A DNA stretch of 47,750 bases from a phage, in sequence record PZ379542.1; one strand, written 5' to 3'. This document shows positions 9,214 to 18,287 of the stretch, piece by piece. Within the stretch, counting starts at the first letter, position 1. Every line of letters starts with the position of its first letter. Below the pieces are notes generated by a model. The model had not been told where the DNA came from, did no database searches, and saw only the letters and a list, made by a program, of their open reading frames with translations. The translations under genes and the position numbers were made by a program.

Positions 9214-9648
9214 ATGAGTCATGTAATCACTGGTGTTATCCGTCGCGCTCCGTTCACTAAAGAAGGTCAGAATGCAAATGGCAGTTGGAAGATGTACGCG
9301 GTTGATTTAAGTGAGCGTTACAAGGATAAAGATGGTCAATCTCAGTATAGCAACTATCGTGCCGTCTTCTTCGCAAAGGAATCAATGCTTACATGGTATA
9401 ACGAAGCGTTTCAGGAAGGGAAGATTGTTAGCGTAAGTTGTGAGACGTTAGCATTAGATGTTCGAGATAAAGATGGCAAGACTTACATAACAATTAACAT
9501 GAACAATCCTCGTCTTGAGTTTAGTCAGCGTGGTGAGGGTGCACAGCAACATAAAAATACAGAGCAACAACAGCGCCATCAACCGCAACATCAACAGCAA
9601 CAACAACAACAACAGCAAAACACATTCGACGGAGATATTCCATTCTGA
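9214..9648 (+). CDS. single-stranded DNA-binding protein with poly-Q linker and acidic DIPF tail
   Basis: C-terminus ...QQQQQQQQQNTFDGDIPF is an SSB-type tail; strong RBS. Confidence 0.7.
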   Translation: MSHVITGVIRRAPFTKEGQNANGSWKMYAVDLSERYKDKDGQSQYSNYRAVFFAKESMLTWYNEAFQEGKIVSVSCETLALDVRDKDGKTYITINMNNPRLEFSQRGEGAQQHKNTEQQQRHQPQHQQQQQQQQQNTFDGDIPF

Positions 9649-9658
9649 TAAAAGATAA

Positions 9659-9681
9659 AGCCCCTTTCGGGGCTTTTTTTA
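9659..9681. terminator. bidirectional rho-independent terminator
   Basis: agcccc-tttc-ggggct hairpin with T-tract on both strands, between convergent SSB and tailspike genes. Confidence 0.75.
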
Positions 9682-12207
9682 TGCAAGAGAAACTCTTGAG
9701 TTTGCAAATATCAAGGCGTCCCTTTGATTATCAAATTCTACAACAAAATAATCAGCAAGGCTTAATACCATACCAGTTAATCCATTGAGGTTAATGTTAA
9801 GGTTTGCAACGCCAGAAACCGAAGCCTTACCAACGCCAAATGTATGAACCCACTTACCAGCTTCTGTGAATACAGTTCCTAATGATGCGCTACCAGAAAT
9901 GTTTATAATACCATCAGCACCGCCTTGAATCCTGTTTGCAGAAATACCCCAAGCATACCATTTGCCGGAAGTTATATTAAAGCTACCATTTATCAATTCG
10001 TACTGAGCCGCACCAGCCAATTCGTAGTATCCAGATGATTGCGAGTGTATACCCCTTGTATCAGAACCTTCACTTGACGACCCTGTTCCACCAAAGTTGT
10101 TCCCACCAGTACCAAAAGGCCTCCTTACTAAAACAGTTCCGGAATCAGGGTTAAAAACTCGACCTTTAGTAACATATCCTCTAACAGATAAGTCAGATGT
10201 ACCCGTTATCTTGGCTGTCTGTGATACCAGTGACTCAACTATAACGTTTGATGTTGAAGAGCCATTCAGGTATGCATCCTTAGCAAAAATAATACTGTTC
10301 GAATCAAGAGAGAAACTTTGGTGCCCATCAGCGTTATCAAACCTGCACCCATAAGTTACAAGGTTTGAATTTGATAACTCAATGTTATTAATATAAGAAT
10401 GCTCAGCAAAGAAAACGGACGTATCGATGAGCTTCAAAACCCTTGGGAGTTCAGCTCCCTCACCTACGTTAATTGCCCCACCAGTTGCTATCGCTTCAAA
10501 CCATACGTTAGACAATCCGCAAGGTGATGTTGGGCAATCTCCAGGTTTATTCTTTAACCTTATACCGCCGCCAGCAGAGGCCTCCATTATTGAATCCCTA
10601 ATCCACCACCCACCAATTCCTCCAGCGCCAGGGTTCGTTGCGCTACTTGTGCTTGTCGCATCTAGCATTACTGAATATTGAGAGATTGTATCTGAGTGGT
10701 ATCCGTATAAAGTGTCCGCTCCTATATGCATTTCGTCATGAGCTTTTGCTCGATACCCGTAATTCGCATTTCTAATACTTACGTTTCTGTAGGTATTTCC
10801 AATGTTGCCAGCATTTTTCCTTATACCAACATCCAGGTCATTGAAGTAAAGCCTATCCAATACAACCCTTCCAGCATAAGGGCCATCCGGGAATTGAAAG
10901 CCGTTATTACCTTGTATTGCAGTACCTGTAAACTGCAAATCCGATAAATGCTTTTGCCTCCAGTGCGGAACCGATAGCGTTGAGGTGAGTCCGGTTTCAA
11001 AAGGTTTAACACTTATTACGGTATTATATCCAGAGCCTGATATGTTCCTGCCAGCAAAGGAGTAGTTATTACTCTCATAAGTTCCCGGGCTTATAACTAC
11101 CGACCCGCCATCGCCAGCGGCTTCTATTGCTGAAGATATTGAGCCGCTATAGCTTGATGTGCTTTTTGAATCTGTATTTAAAATTGATGATAATTCGCTC
11201 TTTGAGTAAACATCAAGGTTGGTTCTTGCTTCTGCTTTATCTGCAACATCAGATAAATTCAATGATTTTTGAAAAGTCTCATTTTTTGAGTAAACATCAA
11301 GCAAGCCTCTTACTCGCTGGGCGCTAGCGTCGCCAACCTTACTTCCTGATGCGACATAAAGAGCCTCTCTTGAATAGTAAGTTTTGTTTGGTGCCGTGCC
11401 AGTCTGAGTTAAATCAATCAACCTGTACGTATTATCGGATCCGGTTGATGCTGACACTTGTATGTTCTTAACACCAGTAATCCCCCTTGATGACTTAACC
11501 TCAATCGCACAAAGCGTGCTATCGGAGTAGGTTATATTTATCACCTCTGGAGCGTTGATCATTGCTGACTTTTGGCATAGGTATCTAGCTCCTGATTTGA
11601 AATCAAACGTATTCCAGTCAAGTTCTGTCAACTGAGGTGTAAACGAGCCACCGATACCCATATTGGCAAGAGTTACCATTGTGCCAGCATCACCAGCACT
11701 ATTAATTGCCTCAATAGTAGCATCTCTCGCTGATGTGGTTGTATCCCTTGCGCTAACGGCAGTAGCGGCGCTCTCTGCGGCAGCAATCTGGCTAGCTAAA
11801 GACTCGGCAGCCCCTGTTACTGATTGGTTTGCTAATTGCTCGAAGCGAGGCCAATCGAAATTATCTTGCCCGATAAATTGCAGCAAACTTTCAATAGAAG
11901 TCTCCTTTGACTGATAGTAACGCAGAGTCTCAGCAACATCCTGAGCTAAACCCTGAACGGTAATGCCATCGTGAGCAAGAATCGCGTAACCAGTTCCGGC
12001 AGGAACAGTTTCAGAATTAGGGTTGTAAACATTAATCTGAGTGTCGCTGATGATTTCAGAGATGGTATAAATTTTAAGTGGACTGGTTTTAAAAATAATG
12101 GTTGCACCTACACGAATAAGTGTAAGTGGTGCTTTCCATGTTGTCCGGACGCCAGTAACCTCGCCATTTGCGGCTAGCGACGCTGTTCCTAAGTCATAAA
12201 TTGCCAT
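9679..12207 (-). CDS. tailspike / tail fibre protein with predicted beta-helix (pectate-lyase-like) domain
   Basis: 842 aa from ATG 12207 (GGAGA RBS); Gly/Ser/Asn/Thr-rich repetitive central region. Confidence 0.75.
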   Translation of the reverse strand: MAIYDLGTASLAANGEVTGVRTTWKAPLTLIRVGATIIFKTSPLKIYTISEIISDTQINVYNPNSETVPAGTGYAILAHDGITVQGLAQDVAETLRYYQSKETSIESLLQFIGQDNFDWPRFEQLANQSVTGAAESLASQIAAAESAATAVSARDTTTSARDATIEAINSAGDAGTMVTLANMGIGGSFTPQLTELDWNTFDFKSGARYLCQKSAMINAPEVINITYSDSTLCAIEVKSSRGITGVKNIQVSASTGSDNTYRLIDLTQTGTAPNKTYYSREALYVASGSKVGDASAQRVRGLLDVYSKNETFQKSLNLSDVADKAEARTNLDVYSKSELSSILNTDSKSTSSYSGSISSAIEAAGDGGSVVISPGTYESNNYSFAGRNISGSGYNTVISVKPFETGLTSTLSVPHWRQKHLSDLQFTGTAIQGNNGFQFPDGPYAGRVVLDRLYFNDLDVGIRKNAGNIGNTYRNVSIRNANYGYRAKAHDEMHIGADTLYGYHSDTISQYSVMLDATSTSSATNPGAGGIGGWWIRDSIMEASAGGGIRLKNKPGDCPTSPCGLSNVWFEAIATGGAINVGEGAELPRVLKLIDTSVFFAEHSYINNIELSNSNLVTYGCRFDNADGHQSFSLDSNSIIFAKDAYLNGSSTSNVIVESLVSQTAKITGTSDLSVRGYVTKGRVFNPDSGTVLVRRPFGTGGNNFGGTGSSSEGSDTRGIHSQSSGYYELAGAAQYELINGSFNITSGKWYAWGISANRIQGGADGIINISGSASLGTVFTEAGKWVHTFGVGKASVSGVANLNINLNGLTGMVLSLADYFVVEFDNQRDALIFANSRVSLA

Positions 12208-12229
12208 TGTGTAAAGTCTCCATTTGTAA

Positions 12230-12276
12230 AGTAGCACTAATTGCTAAAGTGGATTGTATCATCTTTCAGGTATAAA
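12230..12276 (+). promoter_or_regulatory. palindrome cassette copy (orphan or antisense orientation)
   Basis: gtagcactaattgctaaa + tataaa; points rightward into the minus-strand primase gene; overlaps the tailspike 5' UTR. Confidence 0.4.
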
Positions 12277-12294
12277 AAAACCTCCCGAAGGAGG
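12274..12294 (-). terminator. rho-independent terminator (minus strand)
   Basis: cctcc-ttcg-ggagg hairpin followed by T7 on the minus strand, after the primase stop. Confidence 0.7.
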
Positions 12295-13221
12295 TTAGTC
12301 TAGTAATTCGTTTGCCTTGTATATTCTCTTTCTTATGCCTGACTTGAAAAAATTACCATCATTTGGAATTACAATATCAAGATTGCGATCGTCAGCAACG
12401 GCAAGTAAATCAAAAGAGTTGCGAGTACAAGCGACGCGTAACTTGTAGTTCCTAAGCGCATAAGCAACCATTTCCATGTTGTAGCTGGAGTGGCAAACAA
12501 GCACGCAGCGATTTCCAGTAGCAAGATGAACGCGAACACCATCAATCCAATTATCGACCAGATAAGCGTACTCATCATCTTTAAAGGTGCCAATAATAGA
12601 AACAGACTGGCGAGTATAATCTTTTGCAGCATAGCTAACATCTCCATCTTCATTGATAAACATTACATTGCACATATCATCTGATATGCCGTCACTATAA
12701 GCCATAAAGCACGGTACTGCGTGTATTAGTTCGCCTGATTTCGTCCTGCCAACATCAAAACCAAATTCGCTATAGATACCCTCGTATGTACTTAGCGGAG
12801 TTAATTCTACTCTTTCCGTCCTTTCCATTATCTCTAAGCATCTTTCGTGATCAATCTTGGCGCCCATTTTGTATGGTGATGTACGAGATGCTCTTTTGTT
12901 TGCTTTTGATATAACCTCTACTGGAACGAGATTCAGCCAATCACCAAGCGTATCTATTGTTTCGCTATAACTCATTCCCGAGCATTTCATAACCCAGCCA
13001 ACACCAGAATCATTTCCGCACTGGTTGCATATTGCTGCGCCATTTCCCTTTTCCTGACCTAACTCATCAGTGAAGCGAAACCTATCCCTGCCAAAGCAGT
13101 AAGGGCACGGACCATGTTTCTTGCTGAGATTCTCCTTTGTCCATCCAAGGTTCGATGAGTAGAATTCGCCCCACATTCCCTTCATTTTTGCTATCACTTC
13201 GCTCTTATCATGGTGACTCAT
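12295..13221 (-). CDS. DNA primase (zinc-ribbon + Toprim)
   Basis: CPYCFGRDRF...CNQCGND zinc-binding motif; ATG 13221 with GGAGGT RBS. Confidence 0.75.
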   Translation of the reverse strand: MSHHDKSEVIAKMKGMWGEFYSSNLGWTKENLSKKHGPCPYCFGRDRFRFTDELGQEKGNGAAICNQCGNDSGVGWVMKCSGMSYSETIDTLGDWLNLVPVEVISKANKRASRTSPYKMGAKIDHERCLEIMERTERVELTPLSTYEGIYSEFGFDVGRTKSGELIHAVPCFMAYSDGISDDMCNVMFINEDGDVSYAAKDYTRQSVSIIGTFKDDEYAYLVDNWIDGVRVHLATGNRCVLVCHSSYNMEMVAYALRNYKLRVACTRNSFDLLAVADDRNLDIVIPNDGNFFKSGIRKRIYKANELLD

Positions 13222-13245
13222 AGTTACCTCCATAAACAATAAAGG

Positions 13246-13291
13246 CACTATACACAATGTATAGCGCCACTGTTTATCAATTCGTGCTATT
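13246..13291 (-). promoter_or_regulatory. palindrome-containing promoter cassette (variant TTGATAAA)
   Basis: Minus-strand aaatagcacgaattgataaa; tgtgtatagt extended -10; upstream of primase. Confidence 0.6.
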
Positions 13292-13769
13292 TCCCTTGCT
13301 CTTTATCTTTTCGTGCTGCTTCGTTAGCGGCCTTAATCTTGCGCCATGAGCGACACTCTGGTTTAGTTGCTAGCTCAGCCTCAGTAACAACACGCAGCAT
13401 ATGACGCTTCTTGCAACGTAGAGTTAGCGGTTTCCCGTTACCGTCGAATTGCAGATCTGGTCGGCAGAATGTAGCGCGAAAACCTTCTCCATTTCGCTTA
13501 TAGTAGTTGTGCGACAACTGAGCGCCACGCGCAGAAATCATCCCGCGATCAAACCATTGCTCTACAGTCTGGTGAGATACATTTAACTGCTTGGCGATAT
13601 TGGCCTTCGTGCCGTAGAAATCAAGAACCATCTCCAGACGAGCTCGTAGCCCAGCCTTTACTTCATCTTTCAATACGTAGTAGCCTGACGGTCGTTTGCG
13701 CTGTTTCTTGTCTTGCGTGCGGATGGTTCCGTTATTGCCGTTGATAGTTCGCTTGTCAATTTCACACAT
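13287..13769 (-). CDS. HTH DNA-binding protein (candidate transcriptional regulator)
   Basis: Helix-turn-helix GTKANIAKQLNVSHQTVEQWFDRG; basic termini. Confidence 0.65.
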   Translation of the reverse strand: MCEIDKRTINGNNGTIRTQDKKQRKRPSGYYVLKDEVKAGLRARLEMVLDFYGTKANIAKQLNVSHQTVEQWFDRGMISARGAQLSHNYYKRNGEGFRATFCRPDLQFDGNGKPLTLRCKKRHMLRVVTEAELATKPECRSWRKIKAANEAARKDKEQGK

Positions 13770-13780
13770 CTCATTACCTC

Positions 13781-13826
13781 AATAGCACTTTTTGTTAAAC
13801 AATAGGTTCGATAATTGCTATTATAC
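13781..13826 (+). promoter_or_regulatory. palindrome-containing promoter cassette
   Basis: aatagcactttttgttaaa; ttgctattat extended -10; upstream of helicase; also overlaps the 5' UTR of the divergent HTH gene. Confidence 0.6.
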
Positions 13827-13865
13827 AGCAATGCAACGAACTAACAAACTGTAAGGGTATTTAAA

Positions 13866-14675
13866 ATGCTTCCAGTAGAGCGCTTAGTGGCGAACTTTGA
13901 TAAAGAGAAAATTAAACAGATTCAGAAAGATTACCAGTTTGGAGACATAACGCCTTACGAATTCCAGTGCGTGACATTTGACGCAATCGGTAAGGCTATT
14001 GGCAAGTACGAAGCGCCATTCATCGCAGACCTGTCGGTGTCTGCTGGTAAGACAATTATACTCGCCATGATTGGGAAACGAATGGAACAGCTTGGCCTTC
14101 CTTACATGGTCCTATCTCGCCAGTCAGAGATTATCAGCCAGAACGCAGAGGAACTTCGTAATTTCGGCATCCGTAATAGCGTCTATTGCGCTGGCCTTAA
14201 CGTTAAATCAGTTTACTACCCAACCATAGTGGCTAGCGAGGGTACGGCTGCCAACGGCTTATTTAAGGGGCTTGGTGACTATGTTCCGGCTGTTATCGCG
14301 ATAGATGAGTGCTTAACTGGAGACACGATGATAACCACCGATTCAGGGATGATGAGGATTGATAGCGAAGACCTTATCAATCATAAAATAAAATGCATAA
14401 ACGAAAGCACTGGTGATTACTTCTATCATAAGCCAAAAAGAGTTTTTACTAATGGTGTAAGACATGTATCATCAATTAAATTAGAAAGCGGAGAGGAAAT
14501 AAAATGCACGAGTACACACAAACTTTATTCGAACGGCTGCTGGGTAGGAGCGGGAAAACTTCGTATTGGGATGAATCTGTCGCTAGACGGCTCGCAGGAC
14601 AAATTTACGAAAAAGCTCCTGCGTGCAAGTGTGGCTGTGGTGAAAAAGTTATGCCGCATTCAAGCAAGGGGTTAG
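13866..14675 (+). CDS. SF2 helicase N-terminal part (Walker A, DE of DECH) fused to intein N-terminal splicing domain
   Basis: SVSAGKT Walker A; AIDE then CLTGDT (intein block A) and TSTH...GCWVGAGKLRIGMNL (block B); frame ends at TAG 14674-14676. Confidence 0.8.
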   Translation: MLPVERLVANFDKEKIKQIQKDYQFGDITPYEFQCVTFDAIGKAIGKYEAPFIADLSVSAGKTIILAMIGKRMEQLGLPYMVLSRQSEIISQNAEELRNFGIRNSVYCAGLNVKSVYYPTIVASEGTAANGLFKGLGDYVPAVIAIDECLTGDTMITTDSGMMRIDSEDLINHKIKCINESTGDYFYHKPKRVFTNGVRHVSSIKLESGEEIKCTSTHKLYSNGCWVGAGKLRIGMNLSLDGSQDKFTKKLLRASVAVVKKLCRIQARG

Positions 14676-15449
14676 GCGTACTTCTTAAGAACCCTTTCGA
14701 TTTCTATTTGGATTACAGAACGGGGCATCATAATTCAACCGTCAACCCATCAATGGAGGTTGATGACTTTTTACATCAAAACATTCTTGCGGCAATGGCT
14801 GGTGATGGTTGCTTGATTAAAAATACAGAAAAAGGAACGCATAGGCTATCTTGGAATATGGGAAATAAGGAGCACGCACTAAGCAAGGTTGAAAGGTTTG
14901 CAAAACTAAACCCTAGATACAGGGAGAAGAAAAACCCTGGATTTGGCGACAACTGGTTTTGCGTATCAACATCATGTACGAAAGTTCTGGATTCATATGC
15001 TGATAAGTACGGAAATTCTAAGGATGGTTACGATATTGGAAAGATATGCAGAGAGCTTAATCCAGTTGGTTGGGCTGCTTACTTTGGTGATGATGGTCAT
15101 TGCACTGTAAGCTCAGGGAAGAGGGTTGTAGAAATCCACACCGAATCATTTAGCAGGCGTGAAGTTCAATCAGTAGTTGATGCGCTAATAGCATTTATTG
15201 CTAATGACGGAGTTAAGGTTAGAAGCTATATTGGCGGCAAGAAAAAGAGAGAGCTTTACTCAGTATCAATAACAACGAGGTCGGCACAAGATGAGTTTTT
15301 TAAGAGAATTAGTAAGCACATGGAAAATGGCGTGGAATACAAAATCAAGCAAAATTAAAGACATCTCACCCATTGGCAAGGAACTTGTTTGGGATATAGA
15401 GATGCCTGAGCACCATAATTTCATTGCTGACGGGGTCGTGGCACATAAT
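14310..15449 (+). mobile_element. intein in helicase motif II (DE|CH), LAGLIDADG type; split or frame-shifted
   Basis: Starts Cys 14310; ends ...GVVAHN 15449 followed by +1 Cys; exactly 1140 nt; the endonuclease domain is in a different frame. Confidence 0.75.
14504..15358 (+). CDS. LAGLIDADG homing endonuclease (intein-associated; separate frame)
   Basis: Two motifs ILAAMAGDGC and WAAYFGDDGH about 100 aa apart; GGAGAGG RBS 7 nt before ATG 14504 (alternative ATG 14651). Confidence 0.65.
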   Translation: MHEYTQTLFERLLGRSGKTSYWDESVARRLAGQIYEKAPACKCGCGEKVMPHSSKGLGVLLKNPFDFYLDYRTGHHNSTVNPSMEVDDFLHQNILAAMAGDGCLIKNTEKGTHRLSWNMGNKEHALSKVERFAKLNPRYREKKNPGFGDNWFCVSTSCTKVLDSYADKYGNSKDGYDIGKICRELNPVGWAAYFGDDGHCTVSSGKRVVEIHTESFSRREVQSVVDALIAFIANDGVKVRSYIGGKKKRELYSVSITTRSAQDEFFKRISKHMENGVEYKIKQN

Positions 15450-17000
15450 TGCCACATGGTGGACCATATGGATATCGTAGAAGCTGAAGAGAATGAGGAA
15501 ACATTCGAGCAGATGAGCACGAAGAAGGGTGAGATGGTCTTTAAGGATGGTGTGAATACCGGGCTTCTTGGCACTGGTCGCGCGCAATACACGTTAATCA
15601 TTACCGAAATGAAGCGTCGATGCAAGGAGAAGTACGGTCGCGAACTTCGTATCTTTGGGTTAACTGGTAGCCCGTACCGTAACAACGACCACATTGTAGT
15701 TAGTAACCCAAATGTCCGTGGATTCTGGCGCAAAACTGTAATGCAAGTGCCAACCAGCTACCTTGTTGACTTGGGGTTTGTTGTTCCTACTGTCTACGGT
15801 GAAGTTGGTGATTTGGGCTACGACCTTAGTGAGTTCACTCCTGATGGAAGTGATGGGGTTAAGGACTTCAGCAAGAAAGAAATGGATGCGATGGCTGCAA
15901 AGATTCACGAAAACCAAACGATGACACAAAAGATAATGGGATTTGCTGCTAAGTTTATGGAAACAAGGAATGCTGCATTGGTAACTTGCGCTGGCAAACA
16001 GCATTGCGAGGAGGCGGCAGCCGCACTTCCAGAAGGTGTTACTTGGGCGATAGTTACCAACTCCACTGGTGAGAAGAAGCGTAGAGAGATACTTGAGAAG
16101 GCAGCCAACGGAGAATATAAGTTCATATTTCAGATTGGTTGCCTCACAACTGGCGTAAACTGCCCCCCGTGGGATACAAGCATTATCCTGAGGAAGGTTG
16201 GTAGCATTACTCTACTCATTCAGTTGCTTGGTCGTGGTATGCGTATCCTTAAGAAGAAGCACAAAGAAGCTGGAATGGTAAAAGATGACCATGTTGTTCT
16301 TGATTTTGCTGGAACGCTTGATGATATGGCTGAACTTTACTTCGACCCAATTATAGAAGAGGTACAAGACCAGAAATTTAGGTCAGCAAGAAAGCGTGGT
16401 GATGAGCCAAGAATCTGTCCGGTATGCTCTTATGGGAACTCTCCATTCGCCAGGCGCTGCAATAACGTAATTGACGGGAAGCGCTGTGAGCACTTCTTTC
16501 AGTTTAGACTGTGTGAAGATATAGCGGACCCACAGACCAAAGCTATCATCAAGAAAGGATGCGGTGAGAAGAATGATATTGCAGCTAAGAATTGCAGATG
16601 CTGTGGTGAGATGCTCATAGACCCGAATGCTAAGTTATCAGGAAAAATGTATCGTAAGGGGGACTGGTTGCGAGTTTATGACTTCAAGATTGGGTTAACA
16701 AAGAACCAGTCAGGGATTGTTGCTTCATATGAGGTAATGGCTCATAGTGGAGATAAGTTCCGAGCTTATGAAACATTCTTCCCGGAGTCAGACCATCGTG
16801 TTTGTTCTGTCAAATGGAAGGCGTTTTGCTCAACTCACATCGAGAACAGGACTGAGGCTTTTAGGATTGGCAGATTGCGTAATGCTAAAATGATTATGAC
16901 AAATGCACATCTTTTCCGTGCGCCGCTAAGGATTACGCACCGCAAGAATCAGAAGTCGCAAGATATTATCGCCAACAAATCATTTACGATGGAGGATTGA
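15291..17000 (+). CDS. intein C-terminal splicing domain fused to helicase C-terminal part
   Basis: KIKDISPIGKELVWDIEMPEHHNFIADGVVAHN|C (blocks F/G); then LTGSP and QLLGRGMR helicase motifs and Cys-rich zinc-ribbon-like C-terminus. Confidence 0.8.
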   Translation: MSFLRELVSTWKMAWNTKSSKIKDISPIGKELVWDIEMPEHHNFIADGVVAHNCHMVDHMDIVEAEENEETFEQMSTKKGEMVFKDGVNTGLLGTGRAQYTLIITEMKRRCKEKYGRELRIFGLTGSPYRNNDHIVVSNPNVRGFWRKTVMQVPTSYLVDLGFVVPTVYGEVGDLGYDLSEFTPDGSDGVKDFSKKEMDAMAAKIHENQTMTQKIMGFAAKFMETRNAALVTCAGKQHCEEAAAALPEGVTWAIVTNSTGEKKRREILEKAANGEYKFIFQIGCLTTGVNCPPWDTSIILRKVGSITLLIQLLGRGMRILKKKHKEAGMVKDDHVVLDFAGTLDDMAELYFDPIIEEVQDQKFRSARKRGDEPRICPVCSYGNSPFARRCNNVIDGKRCEHFFQFRLCEDIADPQTKAIIKKGCGEKNDIAAKNCRCCGEMLIDPNAKLSGKMYRKGDWLRVYDFKIGLTKNQSGIVASYEVMAHSGDKFRAYETFFPESDHRVCSVKWKAFCSTHIENRTEAFRIGRLRNAKMIMTNAHLFRAPLRITHRKNQKSQDIIANKSFTMED

Positions 17001-17001
17001 T

Positions 17002-17421
17002 ATGAAAATCACAGACAAAGGTGATTACCTCGAGTTCTATGGCGGACCGGTGAAGTCATGCCCAAAGGAAGACGATGAACAAATCTTCTGCTCTGATTGG
17101 GTGAAATACAACTATCCGCAGATTGTTTACTGGCACACGATTAACGAAAATAAAAAGAGCATTGGTCAAGCAAGAAAAGACCAAGCCAAGGGGCTTCTCA
17201 AAGGTGTGTCAGACTGCTTATTTCTGATACCTGAGTCATTGCGTGGCGGTTATCCATTTGGCGCCATAGAGTTAAAGAGGGCTGGTAAAACGCAAGCAAG
17301 CCCAGTTAGCAATGAGCAAAAGTCATTCCTAAAAAGCGTAAGTGAATCAGGCGGTTTCGCAGCGGTGGCTTATGGAAGAGAGGGTTTTCTTGCGGCATTC
17401 GCAGAGATGATAAGAAAATAG
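17002..17421 (+). CDS. VRR-NUC domain nuclease
   Basis: GVSDCLFLIPE...GAIELKRAGKTQASPVSNEQKSF PD-(D/E)xK-like VRR-NUC pattern; start overlaps helicase stop. Confidence 0.65.
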   Translation: MKITDKGDYLEFYGGPVKSCPKEDDEQIFCSDWVKYNYPQIVYWHTINENKKSIGQARKDQAKGLLKGVSDCLFLIPESLRGGYPFGAIELKRAGKTQASPVSNEQKSFLKSVSESGGFAAVAYGREGFLAAFAEMIRK

Positions 17422-17462
17422 CACGAATTGCTAAAGACGAATTGGTGAGTTGGTGTATTATC
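17417..17462 (+). promoter_or_regulatory. palindrome-containing promoter cassette
   Basis: aatagcacgaattgctaaa; tgtattat; ctcatcgaaacga leader; motif TAG is the VRR-NUC stop. Confidence 0.6.
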
Positions 17463-17499
17463 AACTCATCGAAACGAAACACACAAAGAGAGAAAGAAA

Positions 17500-17694
17500 A
17501 TGGCTACTATCTATACTGGTAAATTCTACGAATCACGCAAGACTGGCTACATCTACGAGATGCAAGTAACTGAAGATGGTTATGTTTTGGTTGACATTGA
17601 AGACTGCACATATGCATTCGAAGTTAGCCCAACTTACAAATATGATCTGGAAACTGTTAAAAACGAATTCGGCGAAAAATTTGATGAGGTATAA
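17500..17694 (+). CDS. hypothetical protein
   Basis: ORF with AGAGAAAGAAA RBS. Confidence 0.5.
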   Translation: MATIYTGKFYESRKTGYIYEMQVTEDGYVLVDIEDCTYAFEVSPTYKYDLETVKNEFGEKFDEV

Positions 17695-17699
17695 GAGTA

Positions 17700-17921
17700 A
17701 TGGCAATTTTAACATTTGACAAACAATGGGAACTATTTCAGGCAATGGTGGTTCAGGAATTACACAAGGCTGGATATAAAGGTGATGTTTGGGATTTGGC
17801 CTGGTGCCTTGATTACAGTTTTGAGGAAGATTACTTGCGAACCGATATCGAAACGTGGCGCGACCGCATGGTTGCAGATATCGCAGATATGAAAAAAGAT
17901 TGCCCGGAGGATTTTGAATAA
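17700..17921 (+). CDS. hypothetical protein
   Basis: ORF tightly following previous gene. Confidence 0.5.
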   Translation: MAILTFDKQWELFQAMVVQELHKAGYKGDVWDLAWCLDYSFEEDYLRTDIETWRDRMVADIADMKKDCPEDFE

Positions 17922-18046
17922 TGAAAATCGTAGATAAGGAGATGTTCGAGATTGCGCAAGTTTATGCGATTGATGCGGTTAAGAATAAATCAGAGTGGTC
18001 ATGGATGTGCGCTCGTGAATATCTGAAATTGGCATACGGCTTATGA
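17921..18046 (+). CDS. hypothetical small protein (41 aa)
   Basis: ATG overlaps preceding TAA; ends with ATGA overlap onto next gene. Confidence 0.35.
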   Translation: MKIVDKEMFEIAQVYAIDAVKNKSEWSWMCAREYLKLAYGL

Positions 18047-18285
18047 TAGTTGAAACAGGACGGGCCGCAGTCTGGGCCCACTGCGCAGAGGCTGGCATTC
18101 AGGACGACATTAAGATGATATCTAAGTACTTCGATATAAAAGATATCAGTGTCATCTTCAACGGTAAGTTTACGTACATGGATGAAAGGCCGCGCAAGTA
18201 TCTCAGGGTTAAACCTGGCGTCACGATAAACACGAATGAGTTCCTGAAAGAGAAGGGATTCAAATTTAAGATAACGAAGGGTTAA
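18043..18285 (+). CDS. hypothetical protein
   Basis: Translationally coupled ORF. Confidence 0.5.
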   Translation: MIVETGRAAVWAHCAEAGIQDDIKMISKYFDIKDISVIFNGKFTYMDERPRKYLRVKPGVTINTNEFLKEKGFKFKITKG

Positions 18286-18287
18286 TT

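Noticed and set aside
14433-15733. Other-frame and minus-strand ORFs within the intein/helicase region (e.g. 15266-15733, 15366-15587, 15660-16004)
   Set aside because: Antisense to the helicase/intein coding sequence, which has strong motif support.
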